The notes: generated by a model from the sequence alone, not told the origin. Shown: positions 1 through 12,873, counted from the stretch's first letter. The stretch: DNA of 18,288 bases from Acaryochloridaceae cyanobacterium VAR_48_metabat_390 (GCA_031422435.1 JANPLU010000098.1:1-18288), one strand, 5' to 3'. Translations and numbers: made by a program.

Positions 1-2006
1 GTTCTTTGGCGACCCATGCACGAGTTAATTCCTACGGCTTTATTGAAACCCCGTCTTACCGTGTAGAAAATGGACGAGTTCTGAAAGAATTTGCCCCTCT
101 CTACATGACTGCCGACCAAGAGGATGACAAACGGGTTGCACCAGGCGACATCCCGATGGATGAACACGGCTACATTCTTGGGGATGTAGTGCCCGTTCGC
201 TATCGTCAAGATTTCACTACAACATCCCCTACTGAGGTGGATTTTGTAGCGGTGTCTCCGGTGCAGATCATCTCGGTTGCGACCTCTTTGATTCCGTTCT
301 TGGAACATGATGATGCCAACCGCGCCCTCATGGGGTCTAACATGCAGCGGCAGGCAGTGCCCTTGCTACGTCCTGAGCGCCCGCTTGTGGGCACAGGTCT
401 AGAAGGTCAGGCCGCGCGTGACTCTGGGATGGTGATTATTAGCCGCACCGATGGAGAAGTGACCTATGTTGCTGCTGATAAAATTCGCGTGCGGGATGAT
501 GACGGCAACGAAATTACCTATCCCGTCCAGAAATACCAGCGCTCTAACCAAGACACGTGTCTAAATCAGCGACCTATTGTATTTGTGGGCGATCGCGTTC
601 TATCAGGTCAAATCATTGCGGATGGTTCTGCCACCGAAGGCGGCGAACTGGCGCTGGGTCAAAACATCTTGGCAGTCTACATGCCTTGGGAAGGCTACAA
701 CTACGAAGATGCCATCCTGATTAGTGAGCGGCTGGTAAAAGACGAGGTTTATACTTCGATTCACATTGAGAAGTATGAAATTGAAGCCCGTCAAACCAAG
801 CTAGGCCCCGAAGAAATTACGCGAGAAATCCCCAACGTGGGCGAAGACGCACTGCGTCAGCTCGATGAGAACGGCGTGATTCGTGCCGGAGCCTGGGTTT
901 CATCCGGTGACATCTTGGTTGGCAAGGTAACGCCTAAAGGTGAATCCGATCAGCCCCCTGAAGAGAAGCTGCTGCGGGCTATTTTTGGCGAAAAAGCCAG
1001 AGACGTGCGCGATAACTCGCTGCGTGTCCCCAATGGGGAAAAAGGCCGCGTCGTAGACGTGCGAATCTTTACCCGTGAACAGGGTGACGAGCTTCCCCCT
1101 GGAGCCAACATGGTGGTGCGGGTATACGTTGCCCAAAAGCGCAAAATCCAGGTGGGTGACAAAATGGCGGGTCGCCACGGCAACAAGGGCATTATTTCCA
1201 GAATTTTGCCCATTGAGGACATGCCCTACCTCGAAGACGGTACCCCCGTTGATATTGTCCTAAACCCCCTTGGCGTTCCCTCTCGGATGAACGTGGGTCA
1301 GGTGTTTGAGTGTCTTCTCGGCTGGGCGGCTGAAAACCTCGACCAGCGCTTTAAGCTCACCCCCTTTGACGAAATGCACGGCGAAGAGGCTTCGCGGCTT
1401 ACCGTCCACGGCAAACTTGAAGAAGCCAGTGAGCAGCGTGGCAAGCACTGGATCTTTGATCCAGGCGAACCTGGCAAGCTGAAGCTTTACGACGGTAGAA
1501 CGGGTGAACTGTTTGACCAGCCCGTTACCGTCGGTAAAGCCTACATGCTGAAGCTGGTTCACTTGGTTGATGATAAGATTCACGCTCGGTCTACGGGTCC
1601 CTACTCTTTGGTGACGCAGCAGCCCCTCGGCGGTAAAGCACAGCAGGGTGGTCAGCGCTTTGGAGAAATGGAGGTGTGGGCGCTAGAGGCGTTTGGCGCA
1701 GCCTATATCCTTCAGGAACTGCTGACGGTGAAGTCTGATGACATGCAGGGACGAAACGAGGCATTGAATGCGATCGTGAAGGGTCAGGCCATTCCTCGGC
1801 CTGGTACGCCGGAGTCCTTTAAGGTGCTGATGCGTGAGCTTCAGTCCCTCTGTTTAGACATTGCGGTTCATAAGGTTGAACCCGATGAAGACGGAGGTAG
1901 CCGCGACGTTGAAGTGGATCTGATGGCAGATGTAAGCCAGCGACGAACCCCTTCCCGACCGACCTACGAGTCTCTGTCTCGGATGGATCTAGACGAGCCT
2001 GAGTAA
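1..2006 (+). CDS. rpoB: DNA-directed RNA polymerase subunit beta (5'-truncated by window edge)
   Basis: Frame is open from the window edge (tct ttg gcg acc cat = SLATH). Hallmark motifs: [84 protein letters not shown]. Confidence 0.99.
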   Translation, partial: SLATHARVNSYGFIETPSYRVENGRVLKEFAPLYMTADQEDDKRVAPGDIPMDEHGYILGDVVPVRYRQDFTTTSPTEVDFVAVSPVQIISVATSLIPFLEHDDANRALMGSNMQRQAVPLLRPERPLVGTGLEGQAARDSGMVIISRTDGEVTYVAADKIRVRDDDGNEITYPVQKYQRSNQDTCLNQRPIVFVGDRVLSGQIIADGSATEGGELALGQNILAVYMPWEGYNYEDAILISERLVKDEVYTSIHIEKYEIEARQTKLGPEEITREIPNVGEDALRQLDENGVIRAGAWVSSGDILVGKVTPKGESDQPPEEKLLRAIFGEKARDVRDNSLRVPNGEKGRVVDVRIFTREQGDELPPGANMVVRVYVAQKRKIQVGDKMAGRHGNKGIISRILPIEDMPYLEDGTPVDIVLNPLGVPSRMNVGQVFECLLGWAAENLDQRFKLTPFDEMHGEEASRLTVHGKLEEASEQRGKHWIFDPGEPGKLKLYDGRTGELFDQPVTVGKAYMLKLVHLVDDKIHARSTGPYSLVTQQPLGGKAQQGGQRFGEMEVWALEAFGAAYILQELLTVKSDDMQGRNEALNAIVKGQAIPRPGTPESFKVLMRELQSLCLDIAVHKVEPDEDGGSRDVEVDLMADVSQRRTPSRPTYESLSRMDLDEPE

Positions 2007-2030
2007 AGGGGCACAAGCCCCAGCAAAATT

Positions 2031-2090
2031 GACTGCTGCTTGAAATGGATGCGAGAACTGTTATGTTTTCCGTTCTCTCAAGCGGCAGTT
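2031..2090 (+). promoter_or_regulatory. Long imperfect stem-loop in the rpoB-rpoC1 spacer
   Basis: GACTGCTGCTTGA (2031-2043) pairs with TCAAGCGGCAGTT (2078-2090) using G-U pairs. Inner arms are GAGAAC (2053-2058) and GTTCTC (2072-2077). No U-tract follows. Confidence 0.45.
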
Positions 2091-2145
2091 GCCCCAGTTT
2101 TTACGACTACTTCAGTTTGAGATACACAAAAGGAAACGCGAAGCG

Positions 2146-4017
2146 ATGCAGAAGCTAGAACAGCGATTTGACTACGTCAAGATTGGTCTGGCCTCTCCAG
2201 AACGAATCCGTCAGTGGGGGGAACGTACCCTGCCGAACGGTCAAGTAGTGGGTGAAGTTACCAAGCCTGAAACCATCAACTACCGGACTCTGAAGCCGGA
2301 GATGGACGGTCTGTTCTGTGAGCGCATTTTTGGCCCTGCAAAAGACTGGGAATGCCACTGCGGTAAGTACAAGCGGGTACGGCATCGCGGTATCGTTTGC
2401 GAACGTTGTGGCGTTGAGGTCACAGAGTCTCGCGTGCGTCGGCATCGCATGGGCTACATCAAATTGGCAGCGCCTGTGACCCACGTTTGGTATCTCAAGG
2501 GGATTCCGAGCTACATGGCAACGCTGCTTGATATGCCCCTGCGGGATGTGGAGCAGATTGTTTACTTCAATGCCTATGTCGTCCTCGACGCAGGTAATGC
2601 TGACAACTTGGTCTATAAGCAGCTCTTGAGCGAAGACCAGTGGATGGAAATTGAAGATCAAATCTACAGCGAAGATTCTCAGCTTTCCGGCATTGAAGTG
2701 GGCATTGGGGCTGAAGCCGTCCAGCGGCTGCTTCAGGATCTTAATCTTGAAACAGAGGCAGAGAGTCTGCGCGAAGAAATTGCGACCTCTAAGGGTCAAA
2801 AACGCGCAAAGCTGATTAAGCGGCTGCGAGTGGTGGATAATTTTGTAGGCACGGGTTCTAGCCCAGACTGGATGGTGCTGTCCTATATCCCTGTGATTCC
2901 CCCAGATTTACGCCCGATGGTGCAGTTAGACGGGGGACGTTTTGCGACCTCTGACCTGAACGATCTTTATCGCCGCGTCATTAACCGCAATAACCGACTG
3001 GCTCGGCTTCAGGAAATTCTTGCGCCCGAGATTATTGTCCGTAATGAAAAGCGGATGCTGCAAGAAGCGGTCGATGCCCTGATTGATAACGGTCGACGAG
3101 GCCGAACGGTGGTGGGAGCCAACAATCGCCCCCTCAAGTCCCTGTCCGACATTATTGAGGGGAAGCAGGGTCGTTTCCGGCAAAACTTGCTCGGTAAACG
3201 GGTGGACTACTCCGGTCGTTCTGTGATTGTGGTGGGACCTAAGCTGAAAATTCATCAGTGTGGGTTGCCGAGAGAAATGGCGATCGAGCTATTTCAGCCC
3301 TTTGTGATTCATCGCCTGATTCGTCAGGGCTTGGTGAACAATATTAAGGCCGCGAAACGCCTGATTCAGCGCAATGATCCGCTTATTTGGGATGTGCTAG
3401 AGGAGGTCATTAAAGGCCACCCTGTCATGCTCAACCGAGCGCCGACCCTTCACCGTCTGGGGATTCAGGCATTTGAGCCTTTACTGGTAGAAGGCCGCGC
3501 CATTCAACTTCATCCTTTGGTCTGCCCTGCGTTTAACGCTGACTTTGACGGTGACCAAATGGCAGTTCACGTCCCGCTGTCAATTGAGGCACAGGCTGAA
3601 GCAAGGTTGTTAATGTTGGCATCTAACAACATTTTGTCGCCAGCAACGGGTCGCCCCATTGTGACACCGAGCCAAGATATGGTGTTGGGCTGCTACTATC
3701 TGACCGCAGAAAACCCCAAGGTGCAGACGGGGGCAGGTCGATATTTTTCTGGTCTGGATGACGTCATTCTGGCCTATGAGCAGCATGAAGTTGCACTCCA
3801 TGCCTATGTCTGGGTTCGATTTGATGGCTTAGTCGATGATACCGATGGAGATGCACAGCCGACGGTTGAAACCTCCGCAGATGGTAGCGTGACGCAAACG
3901 TATCCTTCTAAGCGAATTCGCACAGACGCAGCGGGCAACTTGATCTCTCAATACATCCGCACAACTCCAGGTCGCTCGATCTATAACAAGACCATTCAAG
4001 ATTCTTTGGCAAGCTAG
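2146..4017 (+). CDS. rpoC1: DNA-directed RNA polymerase subunit gamma (N-terminal half of the split beta')
   Basis: Start taken at ATG 2146 ([21 protein letters not shown]), not the upstream TTG. Zn-finger CHCGKYK...CERC, catalytic NADFDGD motif, [22 protein letters not shown]. Confidence 0.98.
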   Translation: MQKLEQRFDYVKIGLASPERIRQWGERTLPNGQVVGEVTKPETINYRTLKPEMDGLFCERIFGPAKDWECHCGKYKRVRHRGIVCERCGVEVTESRVRRHRMGYIKLAAPVTHVWYLKGIPSYMATLLDMPLRDVEQIVYFNAYVVLDAGNADNLVYKQLLSEDQWMEIEDQIYSEDSQLSGIEVGIGAEAVQRLLQDLNLETEAESLREEIATSKGQKRAKLIKRLRVVDNFVGTGSSPDWMVLSYIPVIPPDLRPMVQLDGGRFATSDLNDLYRRVINRNNRLARLQEILAPEIIVRNEKRMLQEAVDALIDNGRRGRTVVGANNRPLKSLSDIIEGKQGRFRQNLLGKRVDYSGRSVIVVGPKLKIHQCGLPREMAIELFQPFVIHRLIRQGLVNNIKAAKRLIQRNDPLIWDVLEEVIKGHPVMLNRAPTLHRLGIQAFEPLLVEGRAIQLHPLVCPAFNADFDGDQMAVHVPLSIEAQAEARLLMLASNNILSPATGRPIVTPSQDMVLGCYYLTAENPKVQTGAGRYFSGLDDVILAYEQHEVALHAYVWVRFDGLVDDTDGDAQPTVETSADGSVTQTYPSKRIRTDAAGNLISQYIRTTPGRSIYNKTIQDSLAS

Positions 4018-4043
4018 ACCACAGCAGCAGCGGAAGGAACACT

Positions 4044-7000
4044 ATGACGAAAGGTGATATGACTCAGGAACAGCAACGCGAACTGCCCGTTTTTTCAAAT
4101 CGAGTGGTGAATAAAGGCGAACTTAAAACCCTAATGGGCTGGGCGTTTACCCACTACGGCACGGCTCGCAGTGCCGAAATGGCGGATAACCTCAAGGATA
4201 TGGGGTTTCGCTACGCCACTAAGGCCGGGGTGTCAATCAGTATCGAAGATCTTCAGGTTCCACCAGGAAAGAAAGATCTTCTCGAAATCGCTGAAGAAGA
4301 AATTCGAGTCACAGAAGATCGCTACACTCGCGGTGAAATCACTGAGGTGGAGCGGTTCCAGAAGGTGATTGACACCTGGAACGGAGCCAGCGAAGAGTTA
4401 AAAGATGAGGTGGTGCGGAACTTCCGTGCCAATGACCCCCTGAACTCGGTTTATATGATGGCCTTCTCTGGTGCGCGGGGGAATCTATCCCAGGTGCGTC
4501 AGTTGGTGGGAATGCGGGGTCTGATGGCAAACCCTCAAGGGGAAATCATTGACTTACCTATCAAAACCAATTTCCGTGAAGGGTTGACCGTTACTGAGTA
4601 CATTATTTCTTCCTACGGAGCCCGTAAAGGGTTGGTGGATACGGCGCTACGAACGGCGGATTCGGGCTATCTGACCCGTCGTTTGGTGGATGTGTCTCAA
4701 GACGTGATTATTCGTGAAAATGACTGCGGCACCCAGCGTGGGGTTGCAGTGCGCAGCATGACGGATGGCGATAAGGTGCTCATTAAGCTCAGAGATCGCC
4801 TTTTGGGTCGCGTGCTTTTACATGATGTGGTTCATCCTGAAACGGGTGAGGTAATTCTCGCCAAAAATGAGGCGATCTCTGAAGTTTTGGCTCAGGCGAT
4901 CTGTGATGCAGGAGTGGATGAAGTGGTGGTGCGATCGCCCCTCACTTGCGAAGCCGCACGCTCCGTCTGCCAACACTGCTATGGCTGGAGCTTGGCTCAT
5001 GCCTACCTCGTAGACATTGGTGAGGCCGTGGGCATTATTGCGGCGCAGTCCATTGGCGAACCTGGGACACAGCTCACCATGCGAACTTTCCACACGGGTG
5101 GGGTGTTTACCGCAGAAATGGCGCAGCAGGTGCGCGCACCCTTCCCTGGCAAAGTGAAGTATCCCAAAAACGTGCGGATGCGGGCATTCCGTACCCGTCA
5201 CGGTGAAGATGCCTATACGGCTGAAACCAACACGCAGCTTACCCTAGAAGGCGGCGGTAAAAAAGAGGTTTTTGAAATTACCCAGGGTTCTACGCTGCTG
5301 TTTGCCGATGGGCAGCAGGTCAAGCAAGGGCAGCAGTTGGGTGAGGTGGTTAACAACAGCCGCAACATGCGTAAAAGCACAGAGAAAGTCACTAAAGACG
5401 TGGCCTCTGATATGGCGGGTGAAGTGCAGTTTTCTAACCTGGTGCCAGAAGAAAAACGCGATCGCCAAGGCAACACCACTCGCATTGCGCCTAGAGGTGG
5501 CCTGATCTGGATTCTGTCTGGAGAAGTGTACAACCTTCCGCCTGGGGCAGAGCCGACGGTGAGTAACGGCGATCGCATTGAACCCCAATCGGTCTTAGCT
5601 GAAACCAAGCTCATGACCGAGCATGGTGGCGTGGTGCGTCTGCCAGACTTCGTAGACGGCAAAGGCAGTCGTGAAGTCGAAATTATCACGGCCTCCGTGA
5701 TGCTCGACACTGCGAAAGTTCACCTTGAGAGCCATCAAGGGCGTGAGCAGTACATTATTGAAGCGCAAAACAACCAGCAGTTCTTACTCAAAGCTGCTCC
5801 AGGTACCAAGGTGCTTAACGGACAGGTTGTGGCTGAACTGGTAGACGATAGCTATCGCACTTCCTCCGGCGGCATTATCAAATACTCTGGCGTGGATGTT
5901 GCGAAGCGCGGTAAGGCCAAGCAGGGATACGAAGTGATCCAGGGCGGTACGCTGCTGTGGATTCCAGAGGAAGCCCATGAGGTTAATAAAGATATCTCAC
6001 TGCTCATGGTCGAAGACGGTCAATACGTCGAAGCCGGAACGGAAGTTGTCAAAGACATCTTTTGTCAGAGCAGCGGCGTGGTTGAAGTCACGCAGAAAAA
6101 CGACATTCTGCGGGAGATTGTGATTAAGCCCGGCGATCTTCACCTTGTGGACGATCCCGAAGCAGTTTTGGCGAAAAACGAAACCTTAGGCAATCCAGGT
6201 GACGAAGTAATTCCAGGACTGACGCTAAAGGAACTTCGCTACTTGGAATGTGTAGAAACCCCTGAGGGTTATGCGCTCCTCCTACGGCCTGTGATGGAGT
6301 ATGCCGTCCCAGACCAGCCCTCTGTTCCCTCTCAAGAGTCGATTAATGAGGCAGGTCGAGCCATTCAGCTTCGCGCTGTTCAACGCCTGCCCTATAAAGA
6401 CGGAGAGCGGGTTAAGGCTATAGACGGACTGGACTTGCTGAGAACTCAGCTTGTGTTAGAAATTGATACCGATGCGCCCCAAATTGCGGCGGACATTGAA
6501 GTCATTCCTGACGAGAAAGAAGCGGGTGTATCTCGCCTACAGCTTGTGATTCTAGAATCCCTTGTGCTGCGTCGAGATGTGTCTGCCGACCAAACTCAAG
6601 GCAGTACCCATACTCGCTTATTGGTGGAGGATGGGCAGCAGATTGATCCAGGTGCAGTGGTTGCGAGGACTGAAATCCGATCCAAGCAGGGCGGCATAAT
6701 ACGCGGCATTCGCAAAGATGGGGAGATTATTCGTCGGCTTTTGGTTGTAACCGAGAACGATCTCACCAAGATTGAGCTCAAGGGTGCATCTCCAACGGCA
6801 ACAGTGGGAGACCTCGTTCGAGCCGGAGACGAGCTTGCGGCAGGAATCACGGCACCGGAATCATCTCAAGTATCGAGCATTGACGGCGATCAGTTGACGC
6901 TCCGAGTCGCTCGCCCCTACCTCGTCTCACCTGGTGCAATGCTTCAGATTGATGATGGTGATTTGGTTCAGCGAGGAGATAATCTAGCGCTGCTCGTTTT

Positions 7001-8054
7001 TGAGCGAGCCAAAACGGGGGACATCATTCAGGGTCTACCTCGGATTGAAGAACTGCTTGAAGCCCGCAAACCGAAGGAAATGTGTACATTGGCACATCGC
7101 CCTGGCACTGTGCAGCTTCAGTATGGTGATGATGACTCTATCGACATCAAAGTGGTCGAGTATGACGGCACCGTCACCGACTACCCCATTGGCCCTGGAC
7201 AAAATCCGATGGCCTCGGATGCACAGAAAGTTGAGGCCGGTGAACCGCTGACGGATGGCCCCATTAACCCCCACGATATCCTAGAGATCCATTTTCGACT
7301 GAATCGTGAGTCTAGCGGTCTCTACGAGGCGGCGCTCATCAGCCTTCAGAAGGTTCAGAGCTTCTTGGTTAACGAAGTGCAGTCGGTGTATCAATCTCAA
7401 GGGATTGATATTTCAGATAAGCATATTGAAGTGGTCGTGCGGCAAATGACCTCTAAGGTACGGATTGACGATGGCGGCGACACGACGCTTCTGCCCGGAG
7501 AGTTAATTGACCTGTATCAGGCAGAGCAGGTGAACGAGGCCATGTCTATTACCGGTGGTGCGCCAGCGGAATACACTCCCGTACTGCTGGGGATTACGAA
7601 AGCTTCGCTCAATACCGACAGCTTTATCTCGGCCGCAAGTTTCCAAGAAACAACGCGGGTCTTGACGGAAGCGGCGATCGAAGGGAAGTCTGACTGGCTG
7701 CGGGGTCTTAAAGAAAACGTCATCATTGGTCGTCTGATTCCGGCAGGGACAGGCTTTAATACCTATGAGGAGTCTCCTGGTGGTCTCTCTGATTTAGAAT
7801 CTGCCTATGACAGTGGCGGCTATCGGGATGATGATGATGTCATTGACGATCACAGTGCCCGTACCTATGGTCTAGAACATGCTGTTGATGATGCCTTGAC
7901 CATCATTAGTGCTGACGATGAGCTGTTAGGAGGAGATTCGACCTCCAAGCGAGCAGGGGGGCGCGGCGTTTATGGCGCAGAGCCTGTAGATGACTATGCG
8001 CTGATCGATGATTCGGTGGCGGAACAGTTTGACCCTGAAGGCGATGATTTTTAG
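4044..8054 (+). CDS. rpoC2: DNA-directed RNA polymerase subunit beta' (C-terminal half) with cyanobacterial SI3 insertion and acidic tail
   Basis: Bridge helix [26 protein letters not shown]. Trigger loop [18 protein letters not shown], interrupted by a long insertion before [30 protein letters not shown] and [17 protein letters not shown] present. The start could alternatively be ATG 4059. Confidence 0.98.
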   Translation: MTKGDMTQEQQRELPVFSNRVVNKGELKTLMGWAFTHYGTARSAEMADNLKDMGFRYATKAGVSISIEDLQVPPGKKDLLEIAEEEIRVTEDRYTRGEITEVERFQKVIDTWNGASEELKDEVVRNFRANDPLNSVYMMAFSGARGNLSQVRQLVGMRGLMANPQGEIIDLPIKTNFREGLTVTEYIISSYGARKGLVDTALRTADSGYLTRRLVDVSQDVIIRENDCGTQRGVAVRSMTDGDKVLIKLRDRLLGRVLLHDVVHPETGEVILAKNEAISEVLAQAICDAGVDEVVVRSPLTCEAARSVCQHCYGWSLAHAYLVDIGEAVGIIAAQSIGEPGTQLTMRTFHTGGVFTAEMAQQVRAPFPGKVKYPKNVRMRAFRTRHGEDAYTAETNTQLTLEGGGKKEVFEITQGSTLLFADGQQVKQGQQLGEVVNNSRNMRKSTEKVTKDVASDMAGEVQFSNLVPEEKRDRQGNTTRIAPRGGLIWILSGEVYNLPPGAEPTVSNGDRIEPQSVLAETKLMTEHGGVVRLPDFVDGKGSREVEIITASVMLDTAKVHLESHQGREQYIIEAQNNQQFLLKAAPGTKVLNGQVVAELVDDSYRTSSGGIIKYSGVDVAKRGKAKQGYEVIQGGTLLWIPEEAHEVNKDISLLMVEDGQYVEAGTEVVKDIFCQSSGVVEVTQKNDILREIVIKPGDLHLVDDPEAVLAKNETLGNPGDEVIPGLTLKELRYLECVETPEGYALLLRPVMEYAVPDQPSVPSQESINEAGRAIQLRAVQRLPYKDGERVKAIDGLDLLRTQLVLEIDTDAPQIAADIEVIPDEKEAGVSRLQLVILESLVLRRDVSADQTQGSTHTRLLVEDGQQIDPGAVVARTEIRSKQGGIIRGIRKDGEIIRRLLVVTENDLTKIELKGASPTATVGDLVRAGDELAAGITAPESSQVSSIDGDQLTLRVARPYLVSPGAMLQIDDGDLVQRGDNLALLVFERAKTGDIIQGLPRIEELLEARKPKEMCTLAHRPGTVQLQYGDDDSIDIKVVEYDGTVTDYPIGPGQNPMASDAQKVEAGEPLTDGPINPHDILEIHFRLNRESSGLYEAALISLQKVQSFLVNEVQSVYQSQGIDISDKHIEVVVRQMTSKVRIDDGGDTTLLPGELIDLYQAEQVNEAMSITGGAPAEYTPVLLGITKASLNTDSFISAASFQETTRVLTEAAIEGKSDWLRGLKENVIIGRLIPAGTGFNTYEESPGGLSDLESAYDSGGYRDDDDVIDDHSARTYGLEHAVDDALTIISADDELLGGDSTSKRAGGRGVYGAEPVDDYALIDDSVAEQFDPEGDDF

Positions 8055-8086
8055 AAATAGCGCTTTGCTATCTCTGTAAAAGCAAC

Positions 8087-8118
8087 AAAAAGGGCAGTCT
8101 TATAAGACTGCCCTTTTT
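8087..8118. terminator. Bidirectional intrinsic terminator between the convergent rpoC2 and fasciclin genes
   Basis: Perfect 32-bp palindrome AAAAAGGGCAGTCTTA|TAAGACTGCCCTTTTT, giving a stem plus a U5 tract on both strands. Confidence 0.85.
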
Positions 8119-8159
8119 ATTGGCTTTGGTTTGTACGGATGAAGCGTTTTAACTCAGAA

Positions 8160-8888
8160 TCAGCCGGAAGGTAAAATGACCTTATCAATTAGGTGAATAA
8201 CACCATTAGATGCCGGAACATCTGCCTTTGTGACAGTGGCTTCGTTAACCATGATCTTTTCACCCTCTACTTTAACCGTAATGGGCTTGCCCAATAGGCT
8301 TGGGACATCACCTGACTTTAGGGTTGTAGACTCAACCTTACCGCTCACAACATGATAGGTCAGCAGTTGAGCCAGTTTCTCCTTATTTTCTGGCTTCAGT
8401 AATGCATCTAAGGTCCCAGGGGGTAAGGCGGCAAATGCTTCATCAGTAGGGGCAAAGACCGTAAATGGTCCTTCGCCCGAAAGCGTTTCTTCAAGTCCAG
8501 CCGCTTTAATAGCAGCCGTTAGCGTTTTAAGCTTTTTGTTGCTGCTGGCGATGCTCACAATGGTTTTACCCGTTGCGGCTGCGGATGGAACAGAAGGCGT
8601 TTCGGAAGTGGGCATGGTACCACCACCCTCTGAAGCAGAAGGAATTTTCATGTCGCCGCCGTCAACTGACGGTGGAGGAGTGGTAGATTCTACAGGTGCA
8701 GAGGGGGTTGATGGTGCAGCAGGTGCTTGCGTCAGAATTTTTTTCTGCAAAGGTGCTGCTATTGGCATAGAGGATGCCAATACAGCAGCAGGTTTACCCC
8801 AAATCTGATAGCTAATGACAAACAGCATAGAGCCTGCCGCGACTAAATTGAAGATCGTCTTGGAAGTTGTCTTTGAAGTCGTCTTCAT
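8160..8888 (-). CDS. Secreted fasciclin (FAS1) domain protein with a Pro/Ser/Thr-rich linker
   Basis: Basic plus hydrophobic N-terminal signal or anchor, then a low-complexity linker. FAS1 motifs H1 GPFTVFAPTDEAF, LLTYHVV, and H2 DVPASNGVIHLIDKVILP. Confidence 0.93.
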   Translation of the reverse strand: MKTTSKTTSKTIFNLVAAGSMLFVISYQIWGKPAAVLASSMPIAAPLQKKILTQAPAAPSTPSAPVESTTPPPSVDGGDMKIPSASEGGGTMPTSETPSVPSAAATGKTIVSIASSNKKLKTLTAAIKAAGLEETLSGEGPFTVFAPTDEAFAALPPGTLDALLKPENKEKLAQLLTYHVVSGKVESTTLKSGDVPSLLGKPITVKVEGEKIMVNEATVTKADVPASNGVIHLIDKVILPSG

Positions 8889-9138
8889 GAAAAAATACCA
8901 AACTCTTTATTTAAGATCTCGCGTATGATCGCTCATTTCATCCTGAAAGATGATCGATTAATCAAGTCGTGAGACATTCAAGCAATCCAGAAAATCTGGG
9001 ACTTGAACCATGTTGACCTCTGACCCACTGATCAATTAAAGGTTCCTCAGAAGGTCAGGAGAATTGGTTATTTAGGAAGAAAAAAGCGCTTCAGTCTTAC
9101 ATATTAAGGATGAGATAAAGGCAGAAGTGCAGGCCAAG

Positions 9139-11838
9139 TTAGGCTTTGATGCCTTTGACTGTAACTTTATTTAGGGAAATCTCTGATTCAATTTTTTCTT
9201 TTGCTAGTGGGGAACTTTTTTGCTTTTGAAAGATAAGCTGATTTTCTTGCCAGTCCACCTGGATTGTGTCCCCTTCGGTAAAGGCTTGCTCTAGGAGCTT
9301 GGTGGCGATCGCATTTTCTAACTCCCGCTGAATCGCCCGTTTAATCGGTCGTGCGCCATACACAGGGTCATAGCCTGCTTCGACTAGGTGATCGAGGGCG
9401 GCTTCAGAGAGATGCAGCTTAACTTTTTGCTCAGAGAGCAATCGCTCTACTCGCTTGAGCTGGATGCCGACAATCTGGCGCAGGTCTTCACGTTTCAGGG
9501 AATGGAACAGGATGACGTCATCGACGCGGTTGAGGAATTCGGGACGGAAGTGCGATCGCAGTACGCCCATGACCCGCTTCTCCATTTCGTCGTAGCGGCT
9601 GTCATCTCCGCCAAACTCGAGGATGTGGTCGCTGCCGATGTTGCTGGTCATAATAATGACGGTATTGCAGAAATCGACGGTACGACCTTGAGAATCGGTG
9701 ATGCGCCCATCGTCTAAGACCTGGAGCAGAACATTGAAAATATCGGGGTGGGCTTTTTCGACCTCATCAAACAAAATGACGGAGTAGGGGCGGCGGCGGA
9801 TGGCCTCAGAAAGCTGACCGCCTTCGTCGTAGCCCACGTAGCCAGGGGGTGCGCCGATAAGCCGAGAGATGGCGTGTTTTTCCATGTACTCAGACATGTC
9901 AATCCGTACGATCGCATCTTCTGCGTCAAACAACAGCTCGGCAAGGGCGCGAGCGAGTTCCGTTTTGCCCACTCCAGTGGGGCCAAGGAAGAGGAAGGAG
10001 CCAATGGGTCGTCCCAAATCTTTCATGCCCGCTCTAGCGCGTCGGATGGCGGCAGACACTGAGGCGACGGCCTCTTCTTGACCAATCACCCGCTGGTGCA
10101 GATAAGACTCTAGGGCAAGGAGCTTGTGGCGTTCGGTTTCGAGCAGGCGTGTTACGGGGATGCCCACCCATTTAGCGACGACTTCAGCAATGTCAGCTTC
10201 TGTGACCTGCTCCCGCAGAAGGGTAGAGCCTTTTTCTTGCAGCTCTTGGAGCTGGATTTCCTGTTCTTCGAGTTCCCGCTGGAGTGCCTCCATGCGACCG
10301 TACTTGAGCTGAGCTGCTTTGTTGAGGTTGTACTCGCGCTCGGCTTGGTCAATCTGGACACGGAGCTGAGACTCTTCTTCCTTGAGGTGATTAATGCAGT
10401 CTAAAACCTGTTTTTCGCCCTGCCACTGCGCTTCAAGGGACTGCTTTTTAGGGTTTAGCTCGTCAATTTCTTGTACGACCCGCTCTAAGCGCTCTAAAGA
10501 AGACTGAAACGGTGCGCCAGTTCTTGCGCGGGGTGCCTCTTGTTCTAGAGACAGCTTTTCCATCTCTAGCTGCATGAGGCGACGCTCAATCACCTCCAAC
10601 TCCCCAGGTTTTGAGGTCATTTCCATCTTGAGCTTTGCAGCAGCTTCGTCTACAAGATCGATCGCCTTATCGGGCAGAAAGCGATCGGTAATGTAGCGAT
10701 TGGAGAGTACCGCAGCGGCAACCAACGCCGAGTCAGTGATTTTGACATTGTGGTGAATCTCGTAGCGATCTTTTAGCCCCCGCAAAATGGAGATGGTGTC
10801 TTCTACATTGGGCTGGGCAATGAGCACCTGCTGGAAGCGACGCTCTAGGGCGGCATCTTTTTCAATGTATTTGCGGAATTCATCTAGGGTGGTGGCTCCA
10901 ATACAGCGCAGTTCTCCCCGTGCCAGCATGGGCTTAAGCAGGTTGCCTGCATCCATATTGCCCTGGGTGGCTCCGGTACCCACGACGGTGTGCAGCTCAT
11001 CAATGAACAATACAATCTGCCCGTCGGAGTCCATCACTTCTTTAAGTACGGACTTGAGACGGTCTTCAAATTCGCCCCTGTACTTAGCTCCGGCAATGAG
11101 GCTACCCAAGTCAAGGGAAATGAGCTGACGGTTTTTGAGTGATTCCGGCACGTCGCCTTTGACGATGCGCTGGGCGAGTCCTTCGGCGATCGCCGTTTTA
11201 CCCACCCCTGGCTCTCCAATTAGCACCGGATTGTTTTTGGTTCGTCGAGACAGCACCTGAATGACGCGACGCACTTCTTCATCGCGCCCAATCACAGGGT
11301 CAAGTTTGCCTTCTTCGGCTTGGGCGGTCAAATCGCGCCCGTACTTTTCGAGGGCGTTATAGCGAGACTCAGAATCTTGATCGACGACCTTTTGAGTGCC
11401 GCGCATTTTTTGGATGGTTTCTTCGAGCAGGCCACCGTCTAAGCCTACGCTTCGCAGCAGGTTTTTGCCGACGCGCTTGTCTTCTGCAAAGGCCAGCAAG
11501 AAATGATCGACGGAAATAAAGCGATCACCCCGTTCTTCGCGTTCTGCATCGGCGCGGTCTAGGAGCTGGTCGAGTCCACGGCCTAGGTAAATATTGGTGC
11601 CGTCAGTGGTGACGCTGGGCTGGCGCCGCACAAAGTCGATGAGGCGCTTGAGGAGGGCGGCAGGATCTGCGCCTGCTCGCTCTAGCAATAGGGTGGTGGT
11701 TTCATCTTCTTCGAGGAGGGCGATCGCCAGATGTTCTGACTCTAGCTGCTGGTTGCGGTACTTACGGGCTACGTCTTGTGATTTAACAATGGCTTCCCAA
11801 GCCTTATCGGTAAACTTGCCTGGGTCGGTCGGCTGCAT
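9139..11838 (-). CDS. clpB: ATP-dependent chaperone ClpB (cyanobacterial MQPTDP-type, 899 aa)
   Basis: Two AAA+ modules: Walker A GEPGVGKT and GPTGVGKT; Walker B IVLFIDE and [11 protein letters not shown]. Pore loops GAKYRGEFE and GYVG. Long coiled-coil middle domain ([10 protein letters not shown]) typical of ClpB. Confidence 0.97.
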   Translation of the reverse strand: MQPTDPGKFTDKAWEAIVKSQDVARKYRNQQLESEHLAIALLEEDETTTLLLERAGADPAALLKRLIDFVRRQPSVTTDGTNIYLGRGLDQLLDRADAEREERGDRFISVDHFLLAFAEDKRVGKNLLRSVGLDGGLLEETIQKMRGTQKVVDQDSESRYNALEKYGRDLTAQAEEGKLDPVIGRDEEVRRVIQVLSRRTKNNPVLIGEPGVGKTAIAEGLAQRIVKGDVPESLKNRQLISLDLGSLIAGAKYRGEFEDRLKSVLKEVMDSDGQIVLFIDELHTVVGTGATQGNMDAGNLLKPMLARGELRCIGATTLDEFRKYIEKDAALERRFQQVLIAQPNVEDTISILRGLKDRYEIHHNVKITDSALVAAAVLSNRYITDRFLPDKAIDLVDEAAAKLKMEMTSKPGELEVIERRLMQLEMEKLSLEQEAPRARTGAPFQSSLERLERVVQEIDELNPKKQSLEAQWQGEKQVLDCINHLKEEESQLRVQIDQAEREYNLNKAAQLKYGRMEALQRELEEQEIQLQELQEKGSTLLREQVTEADIAEVVAKWVGIPVTRLLETERHKLLALESYLHQRVIGQEEAVASVSAAIRRARAGMKDLGRPIGSFLFLGPTGVGKTELARALAELLFDAEDAIVRIDMSEYMEKHAISRLIGAPPGYVGYDEGGQLSEAIRRRPYSVILFDEVEKAHPDIFNVLLQVLDDGRITDSQGRTVDFCNTVIIMTSNIGSDHILEFGGDDSRYDEMEKRVMGVLRSHFRPEFLNRVDDVILFHSLKREDLRQIVGIQLKRVERLLSEQKVKLHLSEAALDHLVEAGYDPVYGARPIKRAIQRELENAIATKLLEQAFTEGDTIQVDWQENQLIFQKQKSSPLAKEKIESEISLNKVTVKGIKA

Positions 11839-11861
11839 GGGGCGTTAGGCTCTGGATAGAC

Positions 11862-11894
11862 CATAGATTGTAGGGTCTAGTATAACAATCTATG
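11862..11894. promoter_or_regulatory. Perfect 10-bp inverted repeat (CATAGATTGT-N13-ACAATCTATG) overlapping candidate clpB -10 boxes
   Basis: Arms are 11862-11871 and 11885-11894. The minus strand contains TATACT and TACAAT hexamers within it, 24-56 bp upstream of the clpB ATG. Confidence 0.45.
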
Positions 11895-12001
11895 CTTAAC
11901 CATTTGAGGGGCATGACGATTTATCGCACTGTATCAACAAAGCCTGTACGAATGGGTTTCTTGCTAAGATTTAGGCAGATGCTGCTACACGAATTCTTGC
12001 C

Positions 12002-12595
12002 ATGACAACGACGCTTAGGCATGTTTCTGATGCTCTCACGCTTGACCTTAGCGGAGTCCCTATTCGTCTGACTCCTTTAGAATTTGAACAGGTCTGTCAG
12101 GGCAATCCAGATTGTCGTTTAGAGCTGACCCGCACAGGAGAACTTATCGCAATGCCCCCGACGGGTTGGATTACTTCTGCGCGGAATTCTGATTTGACAA
12201 CCCAAGTCAGTATTTGGAATCGGGAAACACAGCTCGGTGTTGTGTTTGATTCTTCTGGTGGGTTTATTTTACCGAATGGGGCAATTTACTCTCCAGATGT
12301 TTCTTGGGTTGAAAAATCTAGGCTGGAGGGCGTGACAACGACAGGCTTTTTACCCCTCGCCCCTGATTTTGTGATTGAGCTACGGTCTGCTTCGGACAGT
12401 TTGCCTCAGCTTCAAAATAAAATGCTGGAATACCTTGAGAATGGGGTTCGGCTTGGTTTTCTGATTAACCCATAGGCTAAACAGGTGGGGATTTATCGAC
12501 TAGGGCAACCCGTAGAGTGGCTGGAAGCGATTGCACATGTAAATGGAGAAGAAGTATTGCCAGGGCTAACGCTTGATTTGAAAACGTTTTGGTAG
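12002..12595 (+). pseudogene. Uma2 family (DUF820) PD-(D/E)xK endonuclease with a premature TAG
   Basis: Motifs RLELTRTGELIAMPP, VFDSSGGFILPNGAIYSPDVSW, APDFVIELRS, KMLEYLENGVRLGFLINP. TAG at 12473-12475, after which the same frame continues with the typical Uma2 C-terminus AKQVGIYRLGQPVEWL...EEVLPGLTLDLKTFW* to 12595. Confidence 0.88.
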
Positions 12596-12613
12596 ACGTT
12601 GATCGCTAATACT

Positions 12614-12873
12614 ATGACTCAGATAATCGTTAATCAAATTCTTAGGCAGCTTAAAACGCTTGGGACAGACGAGTTACAGCAGCTCCAACAGTCATTCAAT
12701 CCAGACTGGCTCAGTACCAAACGGCTCAACAAGCTGACTTTCTTCAGACGCTTTTGGCTTCTGGCCTGACTCAGCAGATTAAGCATCCTACGTCTCACCA
12801 GTCTATAGAGCGACGATTGGTTGAAATTCAAGGTAAGCCTCTCTCTGAGACCATCCTTGAGGAACGTCGCTAA
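12614..12873 (+). pseudogene. Small putative antitoxin upstream of vapC, frameshifted by a 1-bp deletion
   Basis: ATG 12614 reads MTQIIVNQILRQLKTLGTDELQQLQQ. Shifting frame near 12690 gives IQSRLAQYQ...LLASGLTQQIK...VEIQGKPLSETILEERR*, ending TAA 12873 directly before the vapC ATG. Span is 260 nt (3n-1). The KPLSETIxEER ending is typical of antitoxins preceding this PIN family. Confidence 0.7.

Noticed and set aside
2089..2145. 19-aa N-terminal extension of RpoC1 from TTG 2089 in the ORF track
   Set aside because: The conserved protein begins at ATG 2146, and the TTG overlaps the end of the intergenic hairpin.
5100..7010. Very large insertion in the RpoC2 trigger loop
   Set aside because: This is the well-known cyanobacterial SI3 domain, so it is not novel.
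8850..8888. KTTS-KTTS-KTI micro-repeat at the fasciclin N-terminus
   Set aside because: A short imperfect 12-bp duplication in a signal-peptide n-region, too weak to suggest phase variation.
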